Source of the DNA: Stramenopiles sp. TOSAG23-3
Taxonomy: Eukaryota
Length of the DNA stretch: 35,635 nt
Direction: 5' to 3'
Assembly (NCBI GenBank): GCA_900128585.1
Contig: LT642198.1
Span: forward strand, 1 to 35,635
Shown one piece after another: positions 20,679 through 32,300 of the stretch (position 1 is the stretch's first letter; the number at the start of each line of letters is the position of its first letter). Below the pieces are notes generated by a model. It was given only the letters and a program-made list of their open reading frames with translations, did no database searches and had not been told where the DNA came from. The position numbers were made by a program, and so were the translations under genes.

Positions 20679-21309
20679 GAGCTGTGACTAAACGCAAAAA
20701 GTGTAATTATTTCCACAAGAGGAACACAAGCCCTTGTATTTTGGGATTTCTTTTACCAAAATAGATCTTCTCCCAGTTTATTTGATCCATTCAGTCGTGT
20801 GCAGTTTGATCAACCATCATTTCTTTTCGTGTCTGAAAAGCGGTGATCAATCTTTAGTTATTTCACTTCTCTTGTTGTATTATTATTATATTATAGTAGC
20901 CATACTATAATAATAATGTACCTGGTACTGTGTAGTTGTTATCCCCAAAATAATAGTATAATAGTCGTCTAAAAAAATATAATAATAATAATATTAAAAA
21001 AAAAAATACAAAAAAAGAAGAAGCGAGAAGAAGAAGAAGAAGAGTTATTAATTTAGTATTATAGTATAGTAATAAAAACAAAAAGTATAATATTATACGT
21101 AGACGACTAGTGATCTACGCGCGTAGTACTGTATTATTATTAGACTATGTAATAATAGAACGACTAATATAAGGTTCGGTAAGGTACTACCAGCACCCGT
21201 ATTAATAAATGACAATTAATACGACCTCGTACTAGAGCGCTTTATTCGTCGTCTCTTTCTTCTTCTTCCCTCTCGTCGGTATTTATACAGGTTCGGTAAT
21301 TCAATTATT

Positions 21310-21860
21310 CGTACCGGTTCTTGGTTTAAAACCTGCCTGCCTGCTGTAATACCAGGTACAAAAAATACCCCAAGTCGTCTTAGTGAGTTGTCGTCTTCAA
21401 AATATCACCAGCACAAAAAAAGGGTGATTTTTATTTTGTAGATACCACAGTGATATAGTGATACCAGGTATCCTTGTTACTAGTCTATCATAATAGTCTA
21501 ATATCAACGAGTATGAGGAATAATAAAGCCTGGTATTATACCAGGTCGGTATTCTACCTGGTACCGTGTTGTAGATGGAGAAAGCTGTATCATATTGTAT
21601 TTTCTTATACACGAAGTATACAGTAGATTCTCTATTTAGAAACCTCCTCCTGCGGGTATTAATATTTTTTTTTCGGGAGACCACCCATTTTTTTATTGTC
21701 AACATTTGAGGTGTACAGTGGTGTACGTACGGTATAATAGACTACGAGTAGTCTATTAATACAGGTACCCAGGTACCAATAAACCTGTTTTTCCATTTTA
21801 TTTTGCACGGTACGCGGTTCTTCCAGGTGTAAAAAAATAATACCGTACTGTACGAACCAC
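21310..21860. repeat. Dispersed GTAC/CCWGG motif cluster in a divergent spacer
   Basis: ataccaggtac (~21349), gataccaggtatc (~21460), cctggtattataccagg (~21529), tacctggtacc (~21555), caggtacccaggtacc (~21762). Confidence 0.65.
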
Positions 21861-22004
21861 CCCACATTTTTTAATTATTTTTTCCTATATTGTTATTTAT
21901 TATAAATACTAGACTAACAATTATTAATAAGAAGAAGAATAGAAGATGATGCATGATGATGATAGACAACACATAATATATTATAATATTACGAGGGGAG
22001 GAGT

Positions 22005-22050
22005 AATTATTATTATTATTATAATAAATTATTATTATTATTATTATTTA
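22005..22050 (+). repeat. (TAT)n microsatellite-like tract
   Basis: attattattattattataataaattattattattattattattt seen directly. Confidence 0.7.
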
Positions 22051-22249
22051 AAAATATATATATACGAAACTGGTGGCGTTAAAGTTATAATAATGCATTA
22101 TAACTTTTCAGGATTTTTATTGTGCAGCTTCCAAAAGGCGTGAAGTTTTCTCTGTCCTAACATATTCGCGGAAGAACGGAAATACCGAAGTACTCCGTCC
22201 CGTAACGTTTTCACTGAAGAATCTTTGTTAACACCCATCCGATCGCACC

Positions 22250-23248
22250 ATGGACAACAAGGCTTTGTTCGATGAGATTATGCTCTTCAAAAAACAGCTG
22301 GAAAAGGAGACCGACAATGCGGATCGCGTTCTTGATATTTTAGATAGTATGGCAAATCTTAAGGGGGTGGATATGAACTTGTTACGAAAGACTCTTATCG
22401 GTAAAACACTTGGTCGTCTGAAGAAGGGGGCAAAGGACGGCAGGGTCGCGAGACGGGCAAGGGAGGTTATCAAGTTGTACCAAAAGCAGTCCGGCTTCAA
22501 AAAGTCATCGTCCAAGCAAGCCCCTGCTGCAAAAGTAGCCCCAATAAAAGCAGAACAGCCAAAAAAAGAGCCCGCTGCAACCCCAAAGGTCCCCAAAGTT
22601 GAACCGAAAGTCGAAAAAAACCCATCGAACCCGTACTTTCAGAAAGCCCCAAACCCAAATGACTACACGGGGAAAGAGTTCACTTCCAGCACTCTGCCCC
22701 CTTTGCGAAAGTTGGCCTGCCAGAACTTGTTGAAAAATTTGTGCAAGCCAGTCGATGTTTCCAAATTTGGTGGGGCTTCGTATCCTTCGAAACAGACGTT
22801 GATGAAGCTTGCGGAAACTATTGAAATTAAACTAAACAGCTACCTCGGACATCGCCCTGATGATTACCAGAAGCAGCTGCGATCAAGATTATATAATTTA
22901 CGTAATAACGAAAGACTGCGTTTTGAAGTGGCTTTAGATCATATAAAGCCAGAGTTGCTAGTTAAGATGAAGCCAGAAGATATGGCACCAGAGGAGCTTC
23001 GAAGGAAGCGGGAGAAAATGAAGGAAGAGGCGATGGAAAATGCACGATCAGATTGGGCGGTTGCAAACTACGACAAGATACAGGAGCAGGCCGGAGTGTC
23101 AAAGGACAGTAGGAGCATGTACGAATGCCCCAAATGTAGAAGCGGAAGGATTCATTCGCATGCGCAACAAACTCGCAGTGCTGATGAGCCGATGACTGTA
23201 TTTTGCCAGTGCCTTGAGCGCGACTGTGGCTTCAAGTTTCGCCGGTAA
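22250..23248 (+). CDS. TFIIS: Transcription elongation factor S-II (TFIIS)
   Basis: Domain I (LLRKTLIGKTLGRL), central domain II (YQKQLRSRLYNLRNNERLR...LVKMKPEDMAPEEL), and C-terminal Zn ribbon CPKC...QTRSADEPMTVFCQC with the invariant acidic DE hairpin. Confidence 0.95.
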   Translation: MDNKALFDEIMLFKKQLEKETDNADRVLDILDSMANLKGVDMNLLRKTLIGKTLGRLKKGAKDGRVARRAREVIKLYQKQSGFKKSSSKQAPAAKVAPIKAEQPKKEPAATPKVPKVEPKVEKNPSNPYFQKAPNPNDYTGKEFTSSTLPPLRKLACQNLLKNLCKPVDVSKFGGASYPSKQTLMKLAETIEIKLNSYLGHRPDDYQKQLRSRLYNLRNNERLRFEVALDHIKPELLVKMKPEDMAPEELRRKREKMKEEAMENARSDWAVANYDKIQEQAGVSKDSRSMYECPKCRSGRIHSHAQQTRSADEPMTVFCQCLERDCGFKFRR

Positions 23249-23543
23249 CAATAAACACGTTTTCAACTTCTTTTGCAATAGTTAGGATCATAAATTATCC
23301 CTCGAGTGCCAGGCAATTAATAATAAAGAATTCTTTAAAAACTTAAAGCTTCTAAGTTTTTATGAAAATCATGAAGTTATTTAGATTTCAAAATGTTGAT
23401 AAAATTCAATGATTTTTTGTACTTCTATAAAAACAAGAAAATTGGCTGTTATTCATTAGAAGTATAATTAAATTTAGCTTCCTCATACCCTAATCCTAAC
23501 TTGATTCAGAAATTTTGTTTTTTCATTGTTGGTTGTCACTCAC

Positions 23544-23786
23544 CGAGGGGATGATATAATTTCCAATGAACGAGTTGATTCCATTTGTCCATTAACGGCC
23601 TCATCCGATATCTCACCCAGGGATAACTCAATCCTTGTACTATCTTCCAAGCTGCGGCTTAATTGTTTTTGAGGTGCTCGTTGTCTGCCTTGTAAGTTAG
23701 TCATAGGATTGTCATCTGTGAGTTGAGATGTCGAGACGATGCTGTGTGGTTGACTTCTGGATTGCTCACTGCTGGATTGCGTACTT
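23544..23786 (-). other. Orphan exon-like segment (243 nt, symmetric phase) with canonical splice sites
   Basis: Minus strand: acceptor ttttttatag| before 23786, donor |gtgagt after 23544. Open frame STQSSSEQSRSQPHSIVSTSQLTDDNPMTNLQGRQRAPQKQLSRSLEDSTRIELSLGEISDEAVNGQMESTRSLEIISSP. Confidence 0.45.
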
Positions 23787-23987
23787 CTATAAAAAATTAA
23801 AAAAAAAGAGAGGAGAAGAAGAAAGACAAATCTATAATAGTTAAAATATCAATAGAGACCACCATCACCATCACACGCAGAAATCAAATTTAAAAAAATC
23901 CATTTTTAAGGTTTAGGGTTGGAACTGAAATCGTAATTGATATTTAAAATGAAGAATCTTAAAGCATATATTATATAATTTTTTTAA

Positions 23988-24021
23988 AATTACTTAAATA
24001 ACAGCCAATTTTTTGTTTTTA
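23988..24021 (-). repeat. 34-bp dispersed motif TAAAAACAAAAAATTGGCTGTTATTTAAGTAATT
   Basis: Exact reverse complement of 17977-18010. Partial copies at 23428-23453 (+) and 18531-18553 (-). Confidence 0.85.
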
Positions 24022-25458
24022 ACAACCCCCTTTTTGGGGGCACTTGCTCTTCCCGTCAAATACTCCAATGTGAACGATAATAAAGAGGAGAAAGGAACCT
24101 GTTAATGCCCCCGCTTGATTGATTAGCCCGGCCCAAGATGACATTTCTGTGCTGTCGCTCACACTTTGGAATACTTCGGTCACTATATATCCATGTGTGA
24201 ACGACAGCATGAACATGCAAGTCAGTGATACTGGTAGAGGCACGACATAACGGTCATGAATGTTTGTTTGCAAAGACGCGACAATTACTAAGTATGCGAA
24301 GAACATGGTCTGCACCATCTGCAAGATTGCAAAGTTCCGATATGAGCGGACAGCAGTCAAAATGCGCCCGCCTATACTACCCGTTAGGAAGCAGAATGTC
24401 ATCCAGAAGGACATACCATTATTCCGATACACACAAGGGATGAAGTAAGGTAAAATTGCCGGTATACCGAATTCAGTAACGCATGAAAGATAAATTGCCA
24501 AAAAAGGCGAAGGTCGCTCCAGGACAACGCGTTTAAAGCCTTCGACGGGCGTGTGAAAGAAGGCCAAAACGACTCTTGTGAAGCACGCACTTCTTTTATT
24601 TTTTCTGGTTGAATTTGAATCAATGCCATCATATCCACCCAAACTTCGCTCACTTTCATTGGACTGCTCCTCATACAGAATTATTTCGTCCATGCTGTCG
24701 GCTTCCAGCATAGACGAGTTCCCCAGCAGAGACATCAGAGCCGTGTCCCTCCGAGCTCTCTCGAACCTCGTTACGATTAGGAAGTACGCCCCCAAACTAA
24801 CGGCGAGGACAGCGACCAGGATTAGGAAGTAAATTGTTGAGGAAAACGCAACTGGGGGAGTATTTAACCTCTGAGCAATACCATCCAGCAGCGCAATCAG
24901 CCCCGTCATGCCAATCCCCGTCGATAAAGAGGCAACGGCGGAGGGTCCATACTCGGAAGCAAAGGCGAAGAACGACACCATACTTGTTGCCCCACACGCC
25001 CCCGCAAAAAAACATGTAGCTAAAAATACGACACTACTGCCTCCCAACGTGGTTTTGTAAAACAACGCCATACATATACCTGTTATTACGTTACCTACCA
25101 GGACAACAGCAACAACTTTTCTAAAATGTGCCTTTAATATAGTTCGGCCGAAGTAGAGGACAAGAATGGCTGGAATCACGTTTCCCATTTCCAAAGAAAA
25201 GTCACTGTCAGCAAAGAGCTGGTCCTTCTCTGGAAGCACACACTGTAGGTGGTTTACTTCCGTAAAAATGCCGCTGGTAAGGAGCCATGTCGACCAACCA
25301 ACAATAACAAACATGGCATTGCCAAAAATACCAAGTGTATTCCTCTTGGAGTAAAGATGTTCGTACGGATCAAAAGGAGCTGTTGGGTCTAATACGTTTG
25401 GAGACCGCTCGCTGTTTACGCCGAGGTGTCCTGACGGTGCCCGCGGTGGGGACGACAT
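24019..25458 (-). CDS. SLC52 (riboflavin transporter)-like multi-pass membrane protein
   Basis: 479 aa with about 11 hydrophobic segments and a long central loop. N-terminal GWSTWLLTSGIFTEVNHLQCVLPE resembles the SLC52 W...NG.W.ELP......PE motif; also GATSMVSFFAF and ASLSTGIGMTGLI. Substrate is not established. Confidence 0.7.
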   Translation of the reverse strand: MSSPPRAPSGHLGVNSERSPNVLDPTAPFDPYEHLYSKRNTLGIFGNAMFVIVGWSTWLLTSGIFTEVNHLQCVLPEKDQLFADSDFSLEMGNVIPAILVLYFGRTILKAHFRKVVAVVLVGNVITGICMALFYKTTLGGSSVVFLATCFFAGACGATSMVSFFAFASEYGPSAVASLSTGIGMTGLIALLDGIAQRLNTPPVAFSSTIYFLILVAVLAVSLGAYFLIVTRFERARRDTALMSLLGNSSMLEADSMDEIILYEEQSNESERSLGGYDGIDSNSTRKNKRSACFTRVVLAFFHTPVEGFKRVVLERPSPFLAIYLSCVTEFGIPAILPYFIPCVYRNNGMSFWMTFCFLTGSIGGRILTAVRSYRNFAILQMVQTMFFAYLVIVASLQTNIHDRYVVPLPVSLTCMFMLSFTHGYIVTEVFQSVSDSTEMSSWAGLINQAGALTGSFLLFIIVHIGVFDGKSKCPQKGGC

Positions 25459-25613
25459 GTCGTAAATTGATCTACCAAATCTATCTCTACCGGCTCAAAA
25501 AAATTCTGATCTGTATTCGCAGCCTTGAAATCTCTCAGCAGTTGCGCTTTCGTTAGCAATTGTGAGGGTACAGCTGCTGAACTCGCAACTCGGCTGGGAT
25601 GGTAGCTTCCACG

Positions 25614-25727
25614 ACAACAACAATATTGTGGTGAATAATAAAAAAGAAACAACACACAACAACAACAACAACAACAAAAAAAGAAAAAAAATAATTGAAA
25701 GGTATGATGTGGACGACGACGACGACT
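25614..25727 (+). repeat. (CAA)n and (GAC)n microsatellite tracts
   Basis: caacaacaacaacaacaacaa at ~25657-25677 and gacgacgacgacgac at ~25712-25726. Confidence 0.75.
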
Positions 25728-25744
25728 GTGAGAGAGAATATCGA

Positions 25745-25805
25745 GTACCAGTACCAGGTACCGGTACCTGGTATTAATACCTGTACCTGGTACCTGTACC
25801 TGGTG
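25745..25805. repeat. Tandem GTACC(A/T)G cluster with a 22-bp palindrome
   Basis: gtaccagtaccaggtaccggtacctggtattaatacctgtacctggtacctgtacctgg. Perfect palindrome TACCAGGTACCGGTACCTGGTA at 25752-25773. Confidence 0.8.
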
Positions 25806-26338
25806 GACCAACCGTAGTCGTCTCTAGTATTTAATATTAGTTATAAAAATAATTACTTGTATCATTATATCAATAAAATAACAAAGACACACCATCAAAA
25901 TCATGGAATGGAGGAAGAAGAACTGCAATTAAAATCGAAAAACAAACAACACTATACTATTAGTCCCACAAAAAACAAAAAAAAAACAAGAAGACGCTCA
26001 TTATCCTCATACAAAAACTAGTAGAAGAACGATTAATTCAACTTATTTTACTTACACTATATCAATATAAATACACTAATAATTGAAGAGACGACAAATA
26101 ACTATTGCTTATTACTTAAATTCCGTAAGTAATCTTTTTATCAGCTGAGGTAGTGTAAAAATCACACAGTGATATTAGTCGCGTGGCACTCACAACTTCG
26201 TATAAATATTAGTGTCTACGATATTATTATCAGGGAGAAAAAGTCTGAAGTACGGCAGACCACTACGAGGAAACTGCAAAATATTTCTGCTCCTTCGCTT
26301 TTTTCGCAATGAAAAATGAACACGCCGAGCTCACGGTC

Positions 26339-29300
26339 TCAGCCCGTAGTCCCCTCCTTCGAAATAAAGTCTTTCAATAGCGCCGCCCGTCCATTTTGAT
26401 TCTTGCATTCAAATATTTTTTCTAGGGATTCAATCGCTGACTGGAACAAAAGGACAGTTGAATGTTGGGCATTTGGGTCATTCCCCCAATTGAGCAGCTC
26501 ACTTTGATCTTGGCCACTTACATATGTGGCTACACGAGAAAATAAGGATGGGAAAGCCTTCTCATACATCCCTTTTAATACTTGTAGCGTTTTCCACAAT
26601 CCGTTCCTTTCATTATTCGGGTCAACTACATCCGATTTAGATATAAACATAACAGTTAAGGGATTGATCCTTGCATCAACGACGCAAGGTAACCGCCGCA
26701 GCCAATCAGCGATGGTCTCGTGCATTTTTCGCTCCCACTCTCTGGTAACAAATGCGACGCTACCCGAGAACTGTTTGTTCTCCAGCTGTTTTGCGACAGT
26801 GTATAGCGTGAGCACACAGCCTTTGGACACGCATGCGTTTACAAACTCGGCAGTGTCAAAATTAGGGACATGCACTTCAGCGCCATCCAAGGCACCAAAA
26901 TTGTGCTGATAACCCCACAGGGCTCTCTCATTCACAAGGGCCAAGTAAGGCAAGGACAGCACGATGGATGCATTGTCCAGAATAGTGGATGCAAGGTAAC
27001 TGCTTTCCCCCAAAAAACACCATATGAGCCGCCCGACATGCTCTCGAACTGAAATCGTTCGTTTCTCATAGGTAATGCCTTCTTCCAGAGTGTTGCTCAT
27101 AATGGCGTTGTCTACCCATTCCAGTACGTTTCTCACCAGCATCTCTCTATCCTCCCCGACCGCCCCTCCATTACCGTCAGGTGCACACAACCTACGGACG
27201 AGCTCAAGCGCACTGCTCACATTAGAAACATAATCATCCGTATCAATATACGATGAACCCAGTGGTTTGCCAAGAGCCCTCAAAAAGAAAGAGACTTTTG
27301 CTGTAGAATCTTCGGCTGCAGCCTGCAGCAGCCGACATGTTCGAGAGTGAAGCACATTGTATTCATTCGATAGAAAAATATGAAAACTATCAGTAGACAA
27401 GCGTCGCCACGGAATATTGGCACTGGTCAATTCGACCCAATCCAAGTCAATGAAAAGAAAAAGTCGCAATAAAAGCGAAAGGATCTGGTCAACCACAGCC
27501 GGGTCTTTACTAAGCTTCTCCTTCCATATCTCCCAATTAACTTTCCTGCAAATCGACAGAGTCAGACGGTGCATCCAAGATACTTGCATTTCTTCGCTGT
27601 GGTGCTCATGCAAAACGCTGAGCATTGTTTCAATTCCTTCGCGATCAAGACAAATATTTGACCAGTCTACCACCTCGAGTGCCAACGTACAGATCGTATC
27701 AGCAGTATATTCCAAAGGCGTACATTGCTCTCCAATCCATTTCCACAAAAAGACTAAGAATTGACCATTATACTTTTTGTTCACTTTGTTTACGAGGTTC
27801 GTGAAAATATTGACTAAAAATGACTTAACGCGGGTGTTCATTTCACCGTTCAAGGGCCAAGGGTGTTGGAGAATTGCGCGCTGGTTGGTGCTCTCATCAG
27901 CGGGTAATGTAATGGTGTTGGTCCACGGGTTTACTAACACACAAAAGATACGAGATAATTCTTCTTCCATCTTAATTTCACACTTAACCAAGCCCCATGA
28001 GTCCACGATTGAAGCTTCGACAAGGTGCATCGAGCGCAGAAAGAGCCGCTCTGTAATAAGCAAGTATAGGTTCAAAATTTGTTGGTCCCAAACATTAATC
28101 ATATCATTCACAAGCTCATACTCGTTCTTGGACAATGCTGCGATATTGCTGTCACGTCGCAGCAAACGTGCTTGCATTACCCCGGACCCAAGCATTTGTG
28201 CGCACTCGTCCACCCTAAGCAACTTTGTCCATTTTGGTACATTAATTATGCTTCTCCATACACGCTCATTCATTGGTTGGCCATCAGCTGCCGAGTTATT
28301 CCCTACCAATACCCGTAAGACGTAAGGCAGGTGGTCTTCAAAATGCATCTTCAGTAAATCTTGTAAAATTCCTATCGTGGCCGTGAAAACGGGTCCCTCT
28401 TTCTCATTTGTTGCGGTTGCAGGAATACTCTCCGTCAGAAGAATTAGCAACGAATTGCGCTCCTCTATAGAAGGACGGGTTGTCAGCCATAAACTCGCCA
28501 ATCGCTTTACCATCCGCCATATAAAATCACGAGTGTACTCACATTTTCTAGTCCAAGATTCATTGTCACGATCACAGCGCAACATGTGGTAAAACCAGTT
28601 GGAAATTTGATCGGTTGTAAATACATCCAGTTCGCTCGACTCGAGCTGTCCCACAATAGCTTCTATTGTCATAATGGCAACTATAGACCTGGAAGTGCTG
28701 GAAAGCAATTCGCTGGAATTTAAATCCAGGGCAGCTTGCACCCGATCGTGATCTTCAATTTTGTTAGCCGAACAATCTGTCTCTGCCACTTTAAGAGTGA
28801 GCGTGTCGCAAACGATTCCGACAGAGCGCGCTTTGGACAAAGAATCTTTGTTGAACACAGAATCCATATACGTAAATACAAATTCGTACATGCGACCTCG
28901 TTTGTCGGATTTCCGACGGCGCATTTCCCTCTTTTGGCGGACCCAAAAGGAATCTATAAGATTCAACAAATGGTTGTCTATATCAATAGCCTGTGATAAC
29001 GCCTTGGAAAATCGTTTTGCCAATTCTACGAGCTCGCGCGTATATGTTTCTGGCCTCGCATCTTTTAAATTTATTTTTCCAGGTCCCCACGGCAAGATGG
29101 GTTGAAATACTCGATAAGGGGGCAGACGGGCGGTTGAATAGGTTTCCTTTAAAAAGGCAGTTCTATATTTGCTACTTCGAGGGGGAAGGTAATACGAAAC
29201 AATGGCAGGTGGTGCACGTGCGTATGGCATCCATTCGACGTCGGGAGAGCCACTAAAGACCGAGGCCTTCTGTCCTGAGCATATTTGCACTGATTTGACA

Positions 29301-32300
29301 GCATCCCACCACAATAATTTGAGCACCTTCTGTACAGACGCGTGGTGCTCGCACAGTGGGTTGCTCGATAAGACAAACGAGGCAAGTCGGCCTGGGCAAT
29401 AAACACTCGGTAACGTATGAATTGCACTACAATCAATACGCTCCGCGTCTTCTAACCAATGGAACATTGCCGCGAAGAGAGAAGCTAGCTTCTTTGCCTC
29501 CAGGGCATTTATCGACGCCGTAGTAGCCTCGTTCGACTTATCCTCTGTAAATATACCCCCACTGCTATCAGCAGATGATTCTTGCTGCGGCGCATAAGTT
29601 GCCACAATGGCCGTGTACTTCTTCACAATGCTGCACAGCCTCTTACCTAATTGCTTCAGCAACGGCTTGTTAGTTTCCTTATTGTACGTGTGAAACAACC
29701 ACAGTCCTAGGCTTGATGATCGGTCAGCATCTTTGACATGGCTCAAAAACAGCGAAAAAAAACATTGCCAAACTATCGGCAAAAGCACATCGTCATCGGG
29801 ATAAACCAGGCATAACTTTGCCCATTCAACTATCGCCAAAGAGCTTACATCGGTGGAGGCATCGAACGCAAAGTCTGTAGCATTGTTCCATACCGTTTTC
29901 TCATCATCAGAGCCGCTGGCTAGTATACGCAAGGAAACCGTTTCGACAAAACGATCCTTTTCGTATTCCATATTACTGTCAAAATATTTTGTTAGACACG
30001 CCAGAATTTTTCTCTGCTTAAAACTGTCAAGAAGTAACGTAACAAAGCTGATGTAGGGGTGTGTGGGCCCACTTGGCATTCCAAAAATGTTTAGAAGTTC
30101 TATGCTTGCTTTTCCCCAACCCATAAATGTCTCGATTACCCCCTTGCTCTTATTATGAATTTTTGTGTTGTTTTGGTTTGTCTTCAATAACATTTTGCTC
30201 ATCCAGTCGAACGCTTCTTCTAAAGGAAGCATGTGGCCACTCGATACTTTCGTCGTGGCGGACTTCAGTAGAGCTTCCATAACAAAATAGTGACCGTACT
30301 CCCCCAGAACTCCTAAAGCGTCACCGTTTGTCCCAACATCCCCCAGACCAGAAACTTTTTCTAACCACATTGCGCCATAGTCTGACTGTGCTGCCACTAC
30401 CGAAGCAAAGCACTGGACACCATAGGGAACTTTTGTAAAAATGTTCGGAAGTAACTGACCGACAAGTGAAAGTTGGGAAGGCTGAGACAGGTTCATCAAC
30501 AATCTTAGCGTTTCAAGTGGCATCTCTGCTATTACTATTGGGAAACGGAAAAATACTGGAGACATGTCATGCAACACTCGTAGTGCTGGGAACAAATGCT
30601 GTTTGTGCACCAACGTGGCCCAAATATGCCAGCCAAATGCACCATGGTGGATACAATCAGTAGAAAGCAGTAGCACATATGCTGACACAGCGCCGACCGA
30701 CACATCGCATTTGTAAGACTCCGAAGCGATCAGTTCATTAATAGTCTGTTGAGTCTGAAACAACGCAATGACCCTTCCATGTATTTGTTCAAACGCTTTG
30801 GCATCGCCCTCTGAATTTGGAAGCAGCGGGATTCTAGGGTGGTGCATTTCCGTGTAGTTGTTGCAGAGGCAAAATTTCTGTACTTGCGAAAATGCCCAAG
30901 CTTCAAACTTGTCAACGTCGCTCTGAAACACCATGTTTTTAACTTGTTGCACATAAGAAACATTTTTGGCTTCTGCGGCTGCTATTTCTTGGTTATTCAT
31001 GGTTGACATCGCTTCTGCTATAGTAATTGCACACTCCCGGTGTAATTCTACAGACAAGAAAAGCCGATCGTCACAGCTGGAAACCTTTCCCCAATTCATA
31101 GAATCTATGATTAATTGGGCTATTTCACGACGGATTGGTTCGTTGGCGCTGTTTGCCTGCTTTTGGCAAAACAGCAACCAACTACGAATAATCTTAAATT
31201 CAGCTGGTTGGGGTTTCCATTTTACAATTGGCCTTTCCAAGTGCCTTACCAGGTAAAACATTGATCGCATGGGTGCCGTGCTCTTCTCTATAGAGTTGTT
31301 AACCAAGTGAATCGCGCTAGATATTAGTTGCGGGTGATACATCGCCATGTTCGCCAGCAATGACACAATCTGCGTGTGCCAGATGCTCCGAGATTCTACT
31401 GCAATATGGCCTGCATAATACAATTCTTCAAATATAACAGCAGCAATGTCCCCGCCATGGGCTTCAGCAATGTCCGCTAGTGTGCTTAGTCGTGCACACT
31501 CATCGAACGTAGTGGTATCACTTAAAGATTGAATTAAAGAGCTCCGCACACCAGGATATTTCTTCACCATATTATACCAACTTTCTTTATCGCACACGCC
31601 TTCGGCAATTGCCAGTAAAAACAGTTGGTTAGCATCTTGTGTGTTTTCAGGCGTCCCCTTCGCGTTTGACTCGATACTTGTGCCTGTGGCTCTGCCATCA
31701 ATGCAGGCAAACCTGACCGCTGCACTGTCTGTTCCTAAGTATACTGCAATCATTACTCGCCACATAAAATTAGGACTACAGCTGTGATAGGGCAAGCGCG
31801 TCAAGTACAAACGGACATGGCGAGCGCGGCATCTTTGCAGCTCATGCACAGTCAATAAACACAAGGACTCGATCAAAGCTGCCGCCTCACCGCTTGCTGT
31901 AACGCGCAATGTACATTCCGATACAATATTCACAATTGTTTCTGCCAATACTTTGCAAAATCGTGGGTATCTAGAGTGTGATGATAATGCAAATTCATAC
32001 AAGGCCTGGCCATGCAATCGAATCACTGATGCAGCACGGGAAAACACTACCCGAATGCCGTTCTCTTCTTTCCTTCCAAGTCTTGACTCAGCAAACAACG
32101 CCTTACACGCAATGTCTACAGGTAATTGCTCATAAACCGCGACCATATCGTCATCAGACATAATCACACAATTCGGCCTAGAATTTAGCCTTGCATTCCT
32201 GCCTGTCGTCGACACCCTTTTGCTGTCGACCGAAGTTTCCGCTGATGCTGACCTGATGGATTCATCATCTCCGTCGCTTACGATTAACCAGTTTGTCCGC

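Noticed and set aside
23487..23921. Telomere-like words ccctaatcctaac and tttagggtt
   Set aside because: Single degenerate units, not an array.
25745..25805. CRISPR-like interpretation of the palindromic repeats
   Set aside because: No constant repeat-spacer periodicity, no cas genes, and a eukaryotic context.
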